Below the pieces are notes generated by a model. It had not been told where the DNA came from. It searched no databases and was given only the letters and a program-made list of their open reading frames with translations. From the NCBI GenBank assembly GCA_904420235.1, contig CAJFUS010000160.1:1-38614 (forward strand): a stretch of 38,614 nucleotides of DNA, written 5' to 3'. The stretch comes from Candidatus Neoanaerotignum tabaqchaliae (GTDB taxonomy: Bacteria; Bacillota; Clostridia; Lachnospirales; Anaerotignaceae). Position 1 is the stretch's first letter; the number at the start of each line of letters is the position of its first letter. Positions 8,527-16,229 of the stretch are shown one piece after another. The position numbers and the translations under genes are program-made.

Positions 8527-8739
8527 TTAGCTTTGGTTTTCACTTTCTATTACAAGATGAGCAAAATCTTGAATTGAATACCCCTTTATTTTATTTTTGT
8601 CTTCTGTTACAAGGTTAAAATAACAGTTTGGCACATGCCTTTGTTTAAGATTTTTAACTACACAAGGAGTACAGCCTTGATTATGGTTTAAAGGGTGATA
8701 TTTACATGAAATGTCTTTGCAGGTGCAGTAGTTTTCCAT
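8527..8739 (-). CDS. Small Cys/His-rich protein (DUF6485-like), 70 aa
   Basis: CTCKDISCKYHPLNHNQGCTPC...VPNCYF; ATG at 8739, 11 nt after the ldh stop. Confidence 0.75.
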   Translation of the reverse strand: MENYCTCKDISCKYHPLNHNQGCTPCVVKNLKQRHVPNCYFNLVTEDKNKIKGYSIQDFAHLVIESENQS

Positions 8740-8750
8740 ATTTACTCTCT

Positions 8751-9704
8751 TTACCACTTGTCGGCCTTTTCTATGTAGCTTTTTATTACATCACAGGAGT
8801 GGTCAAAGGCTGCCTTTTCCTCTGGTGTAAGGGATATTTCTATTATTTCCTCAACGCCGTCTTTTCCTATAACGCAGGGAACACCGGCCGAAACGCCTGT
8901 TTGGCCATATTGGCCGTTTAAAAGAACTGAAACAGGCATAACTCTTTTCTCGTCCCTTAAAACGGCTCTTACAATTTCACAGGCCGCAAGACCTATGCCG
9001 AATTCGGTGCAGGATTTTCCGTTTACTATATCAAACCCGCCTTGGCGAACTTCGCCTATTATCTCGTCTTTGCTTATTTTTCCAAGAGTATCGGGGTTTT
9101 CCTTAACCATGTCGTCGAAGGATTTTCCGCCAAAATATACATGAGAGAAAGGCACCATTGACGAATCGCCGTGCTCGCCCATGCAATAAGCTTGTATTGA
9201 GTTGCGGTTATAGCCGGTTTTCTCGGAAAGAACTCTTTTTAAACGGCAGCTGTCAAGAGTTGTGCCTGTACTGAAAACATGGTTTTCCGGAAGGTCAAGG
9301 CGCTTTCTTATATAATCGGCTATAATATCGGCAGGATTTGATATGCTTACTATTATTCCGTTAAACCCGCTGTTTTTAAGTTTCGGAACAACATCCTGCA
9401 ATATCTCCATTGTGTCATCAAACATCTCAAGCCTTGTTTTTCCAGGAACTGGCTGAAGTCCGACAGACATAACAACAATGTCAGCGTCGGCGCAGTCGCT
9501 GTAATCTCCAACTCTAACCATAGTATTAAGGCTCATGGCACTTATACTGTCATACTGGTCAAGAGCGTGGGCTGCGGCTTTATTTTTGTCAATGTCTATG
9601 TATATAATCTCGTCGGCAATTTCTCTTAGTATAAGGCTGCTGCCAACATGTGAGCCTACATGTCCGGCGCCTATAATAACAACTTTTCTTGGTTTAACAG
9701 TCAT
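8751..9704 (-). CDS. ldh: L-lactate dehydrogenase family L-2-hydroxyacid dehydrogenase (non-canonical specificity loop)
   Basis: GAGHVG Rossmann motif, SNPAD, GTTLDSCR, MGEHGDS catalytic His; loop VGLQPVPGKTR. Confidence 0.85.
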   Translation of the reverse strand: MTVKPRKVVIIGAGHVGSHVGSSLILREIADEIIYIDIDKNKAAAHALDQYDSISAMSLNTMVRVGDYSDCADADIVVMSVGLQPVPGKTRLEMFDDTMEILQDVVPKLKNSGFNGIIVSISNPADIIADYIRKRLDLPENHVFSTGTTLDSCRLKRVLSEKTGYNRNSIQAYCMGEHGDSSMVPFSHVYFGGKSFDDMVKENPDTLGKISKDEIIGEVRQGGFDIVNGKSCTEFGIGLAACEIVRAVLRDEKRVMPVSVLLNGQYGQTGVSAGVPCVIGKDGVEEIIEISLTPEEKAAFDHSCDVIKSYIEKADKW

Positions 9705-10255
9705 TTTTTTAACCTCCCGTATTCTGATTTTTTTATTGAGAATATAAAATGCGGCATGTCCATGTTGTAATAGTGTTTAACAAATGAGCCGCGTATAAGC
9801 ATATGGTTTTTGATAGCTACGTTCATTGAAGGAAAATTATTGTCCCTTATTATGGAAAACACTTCATCGGCATTTAAGGTATCAAAAGCATAATCACGAC
9901 ATGACTTGGCTGCCTCTATGGCGTAGCCTTTGTGCCAAAAGCTACGGTTGAAAATATATCCAATTTCAAGAACTTCTTTTCCGCAGCAGTCTTGTATGGT
10001 TATGCCGCATTGCCCGATAAGCTGCTCACTGTTTTTTAATATAACAGCCCAAAGTCCAAAGCCGTTTTTATATCTTTCAATCTGCCTTTCAAGCCATTGG
10101 CGGGCCTCGTCTTCTGAGAAAGCGTGTTCATATGCGTACATAACATACTTGTCCATAAGCATTTTGCATAAACTTTTATAGTCATTATTGTTCAATTCAC
10201 GCATATACAGTCGTTCAGTTTCAAGTATTATACATTCTTTGCAATTATAAGCCAT
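9701..10255 (-). CDS. GNAT family N-acetyltransferase (RimJ/RimL-like)
   Basis: LETERLYMRE, GFGLWAV, LIGQCG, EIGY, FWHKGYAIEAA; start moved to ATG 10255; ATGA overlap with ldh. Confidence 0.88.
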   Translation of the reverse strand: MAYNCKECIILETERLYMRELNNNDYKSLCKMLMDKYVMYAYEHAFSEDEARQWLERQIERYKNGFGLWAVILKNSEQLIGQCGITIQDCCGKEVLEIGYIFNRSFWHKGYAIEAAKSCRDYAFDTLNADEVFSIIRDNNFPSMNVAIKNHMLIRGSFVKHYYNMDMPHFIFSIKKSEYGRLKK

Positions 10256-10310
10256 ATATTTTACCGCTTTCTTATTAAAAATCACATGAATAATTATTCC
10301 GTCGGATAAA

Positions 10311-10339
10311 ATGTTAATCCAAAGTAGTTGTTTTGTCAA
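10311..10339 (-). promoter_or_regulatory. Sigma-A promoter for the GNAT-ldh operon
   Basis: TTGACA-N17-TAACAT on the minus strand. Confidence 0.6.
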
Positions 10340-10380
10340 CGTTAAACAACGGTATAAACTGTCTTTTAAAAAGTGAAATA

Positions 10381-10409
10381 TTGTAATTAAAAAAACGCTG
10401 TGATATAAT
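10381..10409 (+). promoter_or_regulatory. Sigma-A promoter (extended -10) for the solute-binding protein
   Basis: TTGTAA-N17-TATAAT with TG at 10401-10402. Confidence 0.8.
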
Positions 10410-10465
10410 TATGCACAATCCGGAATTAAGTACGGTGTTATACTAATTCAAGGGGGATTTTATTT

Positions 10466-11509
10466 ATGAAAAGAAATTTAAAATTTTTGGCTTCCATAGC
10501 AGCAGCGGCTGCTCTTATGGTTTCAGCAGCGGGCTGCTCGTCTTCTTCGACAGGTTCGTCTGAAAGCGGAAGTTCGGCTTCTGCGGAAACTTCTTCAACT
10601 GAGGAAACAGCATCAGAAGAACAAATAACAATAGGCATACTTCAAGGAAGCGAACATGAAGCTCTTGACCAATGCCGTCAGGGCTTTATTGACTATCTTG
10701 CTGAAAACGGATATGAGGATGGCGGAAAAGTTGTTTTTGATTATCAAAACGCTCAGAATGACCAGTCTAATCTTAAAACAATAAGCCAGAGATTTGTTAA
10801 TAACGAATGTGATTATCTTTTAGGAATATCAACTCCGGCAGCTCAAACATTGGCTACCGAAACACAGGAAATACCTATTGTTGGCACGGCCATAACAGAT
10901 TATGTTGCTGCTGGACTTGTTGATAGTGATGAAAATCCAGGCGGAAATGTTTCAGGCGTAAACGATGCTACTCCTATAGGCAACCAAATAGGTCTTATAA
11001 AACAGCTTGTGCCTGATGCAAAAACGATTGGCATAATGTATAACTCAAGCGAGGTAAACAGCCAAGTTCAGGCTGAGCAGGCTCAGGCCGAGGCTGAGGC
11101 AGCCGGATATGCTGTTGAAATAAGCACGGTGTCAAGTTCAAATGATGTGGCGCAGGCTATGGAAACAATGTGCGAAAAAGTTGATGCTATATATATTCCA
11201 ACCGATAACACATTCGCTTCCGCTATGGCTACGGTTGGACAAATTTCAGAGCAAAGGGGAGTGCCGGTAATTCCCGGGGACACAGGCATGTGTGAAGCAG
11301 GCGGAGTTGCCACACTTGGAGTTGACTTCTATGAGCTTGGAAAACAGACAGGTGAGTTTATGCTTAAGGTTATTGACGGCGGAGACATATCAACAATGCC
11401 TGTTGAAGATCCTAAGGTAAATCTTCTTGTAATAAACAAAACCCTTGCTGATAAAATTGGCATTGAAATACCTCAGGAACTTTTGGACAGTGCCGATAGT
11501 ATAGTTTGA
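10466..11509 (+). CDS. ABC transporter substrate-binding lipoprotein, ABC_sub_bind / TrpX-like (aromatic amino acid type)
   Basis: Lipobox AAGC, Ser-rich linker, EHEALD, STPAAQ, AITD, PGGNVSG, SEVNS, PTDNT, LGKQTG. Confidence 0.85.
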   Translation: MKRNLKFLASIAAAAALMVSAAGCSSSSTGSSESGSSASAETSSTEETASEEQITIGILQGSEHEALDQCRQGFIDYLAENGYEDGGKVVFDYQNAQNDQSNLKTISQRFVNNECDYLLGISTPAAQTLATETQEIPIVGTAITDYVAAGLVDSDENPGGNVSGVNDATPIGNQIGLIKQLVPDAKTIGIMYNSSEVNSQVQAEQAQAEAEAAGYAVEISTVSSSNDVAQAMETMCEKVDAIYIPTDNTFASAMATVGQISEQRGVPVIPGDTGMCEAGGVATLGVDFYELGKQTGEFMLKVIDGGDISTMPVEDPKVNLLVINKTLADKIGIEIPQELLDSADSIV

Positions 11510-11526
11510 TTTTTATTTTATTATTT

Positions 11527-11556
11527 AACCTCCGGAAAACATGTTCCGGAGGTTTT
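11527..11556 (+). terminator. Intrinsic terminator after the solute-binding protein
   Basis: AACCTCCGGAA/TTCCGGAGGTT 11-bp stem plus T-tract. Confidence 0.85.
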
Positions 11557-11571
11557 ACATATTGGCGAAAA

Positions 11572-11675
11572 TGTGGACTATGTGCATAACTATGTTGATA
11601 AGTTGGTATTTATGGCGAATTAATGTGTATAAAAATTGTTAAATGGCATAAAACCTTGATTTTTAATGTGGATAA
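11572..11675. promoter_or_regulatory. Cluster of co-oriented DnaA-box-like 9-mers
   Basis: TGTGGATAA (11667, perfect), TGTGTATAA (11624), TGTGCATAA (11581), TGTTGATAA (11593), TGTGGACTA (11572, 2 mismatches). Confidence 0.65.
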
Positions 11676-11686
11676 GTTGTTTGTGT

Positions 11687-11715
11687 TTGATTTGAAGCGT
11701 TAATAAGTGTATACT
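11687..11715 (+). promoter_or_regulatory. Sigma-A promoter for the Fe-ADH gene
   Basis: TTGATT-N17-TATACT. Confidence 0.6.
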
Positions 11716-11762
11716 GATTATAAATAATGATGTTCTTATTACATTTTTTAAGGGGGATTTTT

Positions 11763-12857
11763 ATGAGGGATTTTAAGTACTTTATGCCAGTTGAACTTTA
11801 TTTTGGCAAAAATTCTGTTGAAAAAAACAGCGGCATTTTTAAAAAATTTGGAAAAAAGGCCCTTATTGTAACAGGACACTCGTCGGCAAAAAAGAACGGT
11901 TCTCAAAATGACGTAGTTTCGGCTCTTGAAAAAAATAATATTAAATATTGTATTTTTGATAAAACTGAGGAAAATCCGTCACTTGAAACCGTAACCGAGG
12001 CCGCAAGATTTGCCGTTGAGGAATGTGTTGACTTTGTTATAGGCATAGGCGGCGGCTCGCCAATGGACTCCGCAAAAGCCATAGCGTTTTTAGCGGCTAA
12101 CCCCGATGAAAATCCAGAATTCCTTTTTGAGCCGGGCGAGGCAAAGCACCTTCCGGTTGTTGAAATTCCAACAACCGCTGGAACAGGCTCGGAGGTTACC
12201 CAGTATTCAATACTTACGGTTAAGTCAAGAAAAATTAAAATGGGTGTGTCTAAAAGAACATTTGCCAACGCGGCATTCCTTGACCCAAAATATTTTATGG
12301 ATATTCCTGTTGGGGTTACAAGAAATACAGCCGTTGACGCGTTTACTCATCTTATAGAAGCGTACCTTTGTAACGAAAACAGCGTACTTAGCGATATTTT
12401 ATGTGAAAAAGGTCTTAAAGAGTTTAAAAAATGCAAAGAAGCCCTTATAGAAGGGCAGTTTAACATGGATATAAGGGAAAGACTTCTTATAATATCTACA
12501 ATAGCCGGAATGGCTATATCACAGTCTCAAACATCACTGCCCCATGCTATGGGTTACTATTTAACATATTTCAAAAATCTTGCTCATGGTCCTGCCAACG
12601 CCCAGTTTACAAAGGCTTTTATGGATTTTGTGCCGGAAAAAGACAGAGTTAAAGATGTACTTGATTTTGCCGGATTTGAAAGTACTGGTGAAATTGACGA
12701 ATTTTTCAGAAAAATAGTAACAAGGGTTCAGTGCAGCGACGAAGATATAAATTATTACACAGATGAAATGATGAAAATTAAAGGAAAGCTGTCTACTGTG
12801 AACCGACTCATATCAAGGGAAGATATGTATAACATGTTTAAAGAAGGAGTTATGTAA
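11763..12857 (+). CDS. Iron-containing alcohol dehydrogenase family protein
   Basis: ENPS, GGGSPMD, PTTAGTGSE, DAFTH, HAMG, HG metal ligands; start moved to ATG 11763 behind AAGGGGG. Confidence 0.9.
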   Translation: MRDFKYFMPVELYFGKNSVEKNSGIFKKFGKKALIVTGHSSAKKNGSQNDVVSALEKNNIKYCIFDKTEENPSLETVTEAARFAVEECVDFVIGIGGGSPMDSAKAIAFLAANPDENPEFLFEPGEAKHLPVVEIPTTAGTGSEVTQYSILTVKSRKIKMGVSKRTFANAAFLDPKYFMDIPVGVTRNTAVDAFTHLIEAYLCNENSVLSDILCEKGLKEFKKCKEALIEGQFNMDIRERLLIISTIAGMAISQSQTSLPHAMGYYLTYFKNLAHGPANAQFTKAFMDFVPEKDRVKDVLDFAGFESTGEIDEFFRKIVTRVQCSDEDINYYTDEMMKIKGKLSTVNRLISREDMYNMFKEGVM

Positions 12858-12865
12858 TAAAAAAT

Positions 12866-12903
12866 AAAGGGCCCGAGTTAAGTATTTTAACAAGGGCCTT
12901 TTT
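12866..12903. terminator. Probable bidirectional terminator
   Basis: AAAGGGCCC..GTTAA / TTAAC..GGGCCTTTTT imperfect hairpin between convergent genes. Confidence 0.65.
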
Positions 12904-12907
12904 GATT

Positions 12908-13969
12908 TTAAGAATTTATCTCGTTAAATATGTCTTTAACTGTTGTAATTGAATTAAGTCTGTAAGCATTTTCACCGCAGAATATAAGTGAGCTGTCAGC
13001 TTCTGTTTCACTTCTGACGGCCCTTATAAGGGCCATTGTTATGCAATAGGGAGTGGTGGCTGGGTCGCATTTTTCAAGACATCGGAAACAGTGAGTTATT
13101 TTCTCTCTGGTTTTTTCAGTAATTTCAACGTATGGGTTTCTTATAGCCCTGCCCGGCATTCCAACAGGACTTTTAACTATAACTATGTCGTCTTTTTTGG
13201 CGTTTATATAAGCCTCTTTAAAGCTCATAGGAGCATCGCACTCAACCGTTGTAACAAAGCGAGTCGCCATTTGAACACCATCGCAGCCGAGGTTTATATA
13301 ATGGTCAATGTCACTTCTGTCAAAAACGCCGCCGGCAAAAAACACCGGTATGTGTCTGCCTATTTTTTCGCTGTATGAGCGAACAAAATCGACAATTTTT
13401 TTAACCTCAACATCAAATTTCTCTTTTGTAAGAGAAGCCGCTTCCTCCGGAGTAAAGCCAAGATGCCCTCCGGCTTTAGGTCCTTCAATAACCAAAAAGT
13501 CCGAAACCCTTTTATAGCGTCTTTCCCAAAGGGTAAAAAGAACTTTGGCCGCTTTAAGGGATGAAACAATGGGTGAAAATTTTACATCTGTACCCTCAAG
13601 AAGTTTTGGAAGGTCTGTTGGAAGTCCAGCCCCAGATATTATGGCATCGGCTCCGTTTTCAACACAGCACTGAACATATTTATCATAATCACATGAGGCA
13701 CGCATTATGTTTACGCCTATAACACCGCCGTTAGATATTTCTTTAGCTCTTTTTATATGTTCACCAAGGGCCTTAAGGTTGGCGTTAAGGGGATTTTTAT
13801 TCCAGTCATCACGATTAAAACCTGGCTGCGCGGCGGATATAACACCCATTCCGCCTTCTTTTGCCACAGCCCCGGCAAGAGAGGAAAGACTTACACCAAT
13901 ACCCATACCGCCTTGAATAACAGGCACCTTTAATGTAATATTACCTATTTTTACAGGTTTAAGTTTCAT
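12908..13969 (-). CDS. fabX: Nitronate monooxygenase-family flavoprotein, FabX/UfaA-like acyl-ACP dehydrogenase/isomerase
   Basis: PVIQGGMGIGVS, EGPKAGGHLG, SPVGMPGRA and C-terminal CxxCxxxC...YCI cluster absent from FabK; divergent from the fab operon. Confidence 0.75.
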   Translation of the reverse strand: MKLKPVKIGNITLKVPVIQGGMGIGVSLSSLAGAVAKEGGMGVISAAQPGFNRDDWNKNPLNANLKALGEHIKRAKEISNGGVIGVNIMRASCDYDKYVQCCVENGADAIISGAGLPTDLPKLLEGTDVKFSPIVSSLKAAKVLFTLWERRYKRVSDFLVIEGPKAGGHLGFTPEEAASLTKEKFDVEVKKIVDFVRSYSEKIGRHIPVFFAGGVFDRSDIDHYINLGCDGVQMATRFVTTVECDAPMSFKEAYINAKKDDIVIVKSPVGMPGRAIRNPYVEITEKTREKITHCFRCLEKCDPATTPYCITMALIRAVRSETEADSSLIFCGENAYRLNSITTVKDIFNEINS

Positions 13970-14031
13970 ATTAACATCTCCTGCATACCAAAATTAAAAA
14001 ATTCAAATAAAAAATATATGTAGTTTAGATT

Positions 14032-14060
14032 ACTATATTATATGATTAGAATGTTGTCAA
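14032..14060 (-). promoter_or_regulatory. Sigma-A promoter for the fabX-like gene
   Basis: TTGACA-N17-TATAGT on the minus strand. Confidence 0.7.
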
Positions 14061-14131
14061 TATACGGTGATTAAATTCACATACATAATATTTTGATGAA
14101 TTTTTGTATATTTTGCCGAAAGATATATTTA

Positions 14132-14164
14132 TTTAACGTCAAAGGACCCATTTTAACGTCAAAG
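14132..14164. repeat. 13-bp direct repeat with 20-bp period
   Basis: TTTAACGTCAAAG at 14132-14144 and 14152-14164. Confidence 0.75.
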
Positions 14165-14368
14165 TGTTTAATTTTTAAAATTTAGCCTATAATTTTTATT
14201 TTATATAGTATTTAGTTAAAATATTTTTGATGAAAATTTCTTTTAAACTTATATTTTTTTATATCTATTTACAATATTTGTGTTATACTATACAAGGTGA
14301 GTTTTAAGTTAATGACATATTTTGTTCCCAAAAGTATTAAACACATATCTTTTGCGCTGTAAAGCCGC

Positions 14369-14397
14369 TTGACTTAATTATAATAATGAATTATACT
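14369..14397 (+). promoter_or_regulatory. Sigma-A promoter of the fab operon
   Basis: TTGACT-N17-TATACT. Confidence 0.8.
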
Positions 14398-14412
14398 TTG
14401 ACTATCAAAATA
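14394..14412. promoter_or_regulatory. FabT-type operator
   Basis: TACTTTGA-CTA-TCAAAATA palindrome (TTTGA-N3-TCAAA core) overlapping the -10 and predicted start site. Confidence 0.75.
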
Positions 14413-14445
14413 TTTGTCTTATTTATAACGCACAGGTGATGGTTT

Positions 14446-14916
14446 ATGGACAGTGTTGCGTGTTCGCTTAATGCTCTGATAGTTAACATTTACAATAATA
14501 TATCCAAAATAGAAAGCGAAGCCTTTAATACGGGAAAATTTAAGGACGTTTCCATAACCGAGGTTCACACAGTTGCGGCCATAGGCATGTATGGCACGAA
14601 AACAATGAGCGAAACGGCAAGAGGCCTGAAAATAACAATGGGAACGCTTACGGTTGCCATAAACAATCTGGTAAAAAAGGGATATGTGCAGCGCTTTAGG
14701 TGCGAAACCGACAAAAGGGTTGTGCGTGTTGGACTTACAAAAAAAGGACGTTTGCTTTACAGACTGCACGCCCAGTTTCATATTAACGTAATAAAAAAGT
14801 GCACCGATAATCTTGACAACGATGAGATACTTACTCTTTATAAAGCTCTTGAAAAGCTGGATAGGTTTATTAAAGGCGAGTATTTCGGCTGTTCTAAAAA
14901 CGATAGTGAAAAGTAA
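14446..14916 (+). CDS. fabT: MarR-family fatty-acid biosynthesis regulator FabT
   Basis: FKDVSITEVHT, ITMGTLTVAINNLVKKGYV, DKRVVRVGLTKKGR..YRLH; heads the fab operon. Confidence 0.88.
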   Translation: MDSVACSLNALIVNIYNNISKIESEAFNTGKFKDVSITEVHTVAAIGMYGTKTMSETARGLKITMGTLTVAINNLVKKGYVQRFRCETDKRVVRVGLTKKGRLLYRLHAQFHINVIKKCTDNLDNDEILTLYKALEKLDRFIKGEYFGCSKNDSEK

Positions 14917-14937
14917 ATTCAGGAACAGGAGTTTATT

Positions 14938-15912
14938 ATGTATTTTTCCAAAATTTCTGCAACAGGCTCATGCGCGCCTGATAAAATTGTTACAAATGAC
15001 GACCTTTCAAAAATTGTTGATACAAATGACGAATGGATAGTTTCAAGAAGCGGAATTAAAAGGCGTCATTTCTCATCGGGAGAAAACGCCTCCGATTTAG
15101 CTACAGGCGCGGCTGAAGAAATAATAAAGCGTTCCGGTATAGACCCTCTTGATATTGAGCTCATAATAGTAGCAACTGTGTCGGCCGATTATACAACGCC
15201 TTCAACTGCCTGTCTTGTTCAGGCCAATATAGGCGCCGCGAACGCTGTGGCTTTTGATGTTGGCGCGGCCTGCGCCGGATTTATGTTTGGCCTTTCGGTG
15301 GCTGACAAATACATAAAATGCGGCGTATACAAAAATGCCATTATTATAGGAACGGAAGTCCTTTCAAAATATCTTGATTTTAACGACAGAGGCACATGCG
15401 TGCTTTTTGGTGACGGAGCCGCCGGGGTTCTTCTTGAAAGAACTGAGGAGCAGGAAGGAATACTGTGCGAGGAAATAGGCAGCGACGGATTTAAGGCAAT
15501 GGCTCTTACAAAAGGGTTTTCTCCGGCCGGAAATGTATTTAACAACGTTTCGTGTGAGGCCGACAGGTCTATGAAAATGGATGGAAAAGCTATATTCGAT
15601 TTTGCTACAAGAAGCGTGCCGGTTTCTGTTAAAAAACTGCTTGAAAAAAGCGGGCGCTTCACAGACGAGATAGATTTTGTTATACCTCATCAGGCAAACA
15701 GCCGTATTGTAGAGATAATAAGCCGTAAGCTTAAAATGCCGCTTGACAAGTTCTATATGAACATGGACGAGTATGGAAACACATCGTCGGCAAGTATACC
15801 GCTGGCTCTTAACGAAATGGTTGAAAAAGGAATTATAAAAAAAGGTTCCCTGTGTATTTTTACGGGCTTTGGAGCGGGGCTTACATGGGGCTCAATGCTT
15901 GTTAAGTTTTAA
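14938..15912 (+). CDS. fabH: 3-oxoacyl-ACP synthase III
   Basis: AACAGF (Cys), HQAN (His), GNTSSAS (Asn), GFGAGLTWG. Confidence 0.97.
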   Translation: MYFSKISATGSCAPDKIVTNDDLSKIVDTNDEWIVSRSGIKRRHFSSGENASDLATGAAEEIIKRSGIDPLDIELIIVATVSADYTTPSTACLVQANIGAANAVAFDVGAACAGFMFGLSVADKYIKCGVYKNAIIIGTEVLSKYLDFNDRGTCVLFGDGAAGVLLERTEEQEGILCEEIGSDGFKAMALTKGFSPAGNVFNNVSCEADRSMKMDGKAIFDFATRSVPVSVKKLLEKSGRFTDEIDFVIPHQANSRIVEIISRKLKMPLDKFYMNMDEYGNTSSASIPLALNEMVEKGIIKKGSLCIFTGFGAGLTWGSMLVKF

Positions 15913-15955
15913 AATTTAATTTAAAAATAAAATAAAATTTTAGGAGGTTTTTATA

Positions 15956-16180
15956 ATGTTTGAAAGAATTAGAGAAATTATAGCAGAGCAGACAGGAAAA
16001 GACGTTGAGGAAATAACAATGGAAACAAATGTTAAAACAGACCTTGAAGCTGATTCTCTTGACCTTTTCCAGATTATCAACGACATTGAAGATGAGTTTG
16101 ACGTTAAAATTGAGAACGTAGAAGGAATTGAAACTGTAGGCGACGTTGTTAAAATTGTTGAAGAAGGCAAAAAAGACTGA
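15956..16180 (+). CDS. acpP: Acyl carrier protein
   Basis: 74 aa acidic protein, DLEADSLD phosphopantetheine site; AGGAGG RBS. Confidence 0.97.
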   Translation: MFERIREIIAEQTGKDVEEITMETNVKTDLEADSLDLFQIINDIEDEFDVKIENVEGIETVGDVVKIVEEGKKD

Positions 16181-16205
16181 TTTTGTTTTAAATTAAAACA
16201 AATCA
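16178..16205 (+). other. Intra-operon stem-loop directly after acpP
   Basis: TGATTTTGTTTTA-AAT-TAAAACAAATCA near-perfect inverted repeat. Confidence 0.5.
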
Positions 16206-16229
16206 ACTGTAAGCAGGTGGAGTAAGATT

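Noticed and set aside
10256-10339. N-terminal extension of the GNAT ORF
   Set aside because: The TTG start coincides with the predicted -35 hexamer
10410-10465. T-box or riboswitch ahead of the TrpX-like gene
   Set aside because: Leader too short, no T-box motif or terminator
11644-11660. TGGCATA...TTGA as a sigma-54 promoter (similar case at 35056-35071)
   Set aside because: The required GG-N10-GC geometry is not met
11572-11720. oriC
   Set aside because: No dnaA/dnaN/gidA neighbours and no evident unwinding element; kept only as a DnaA-box cluster
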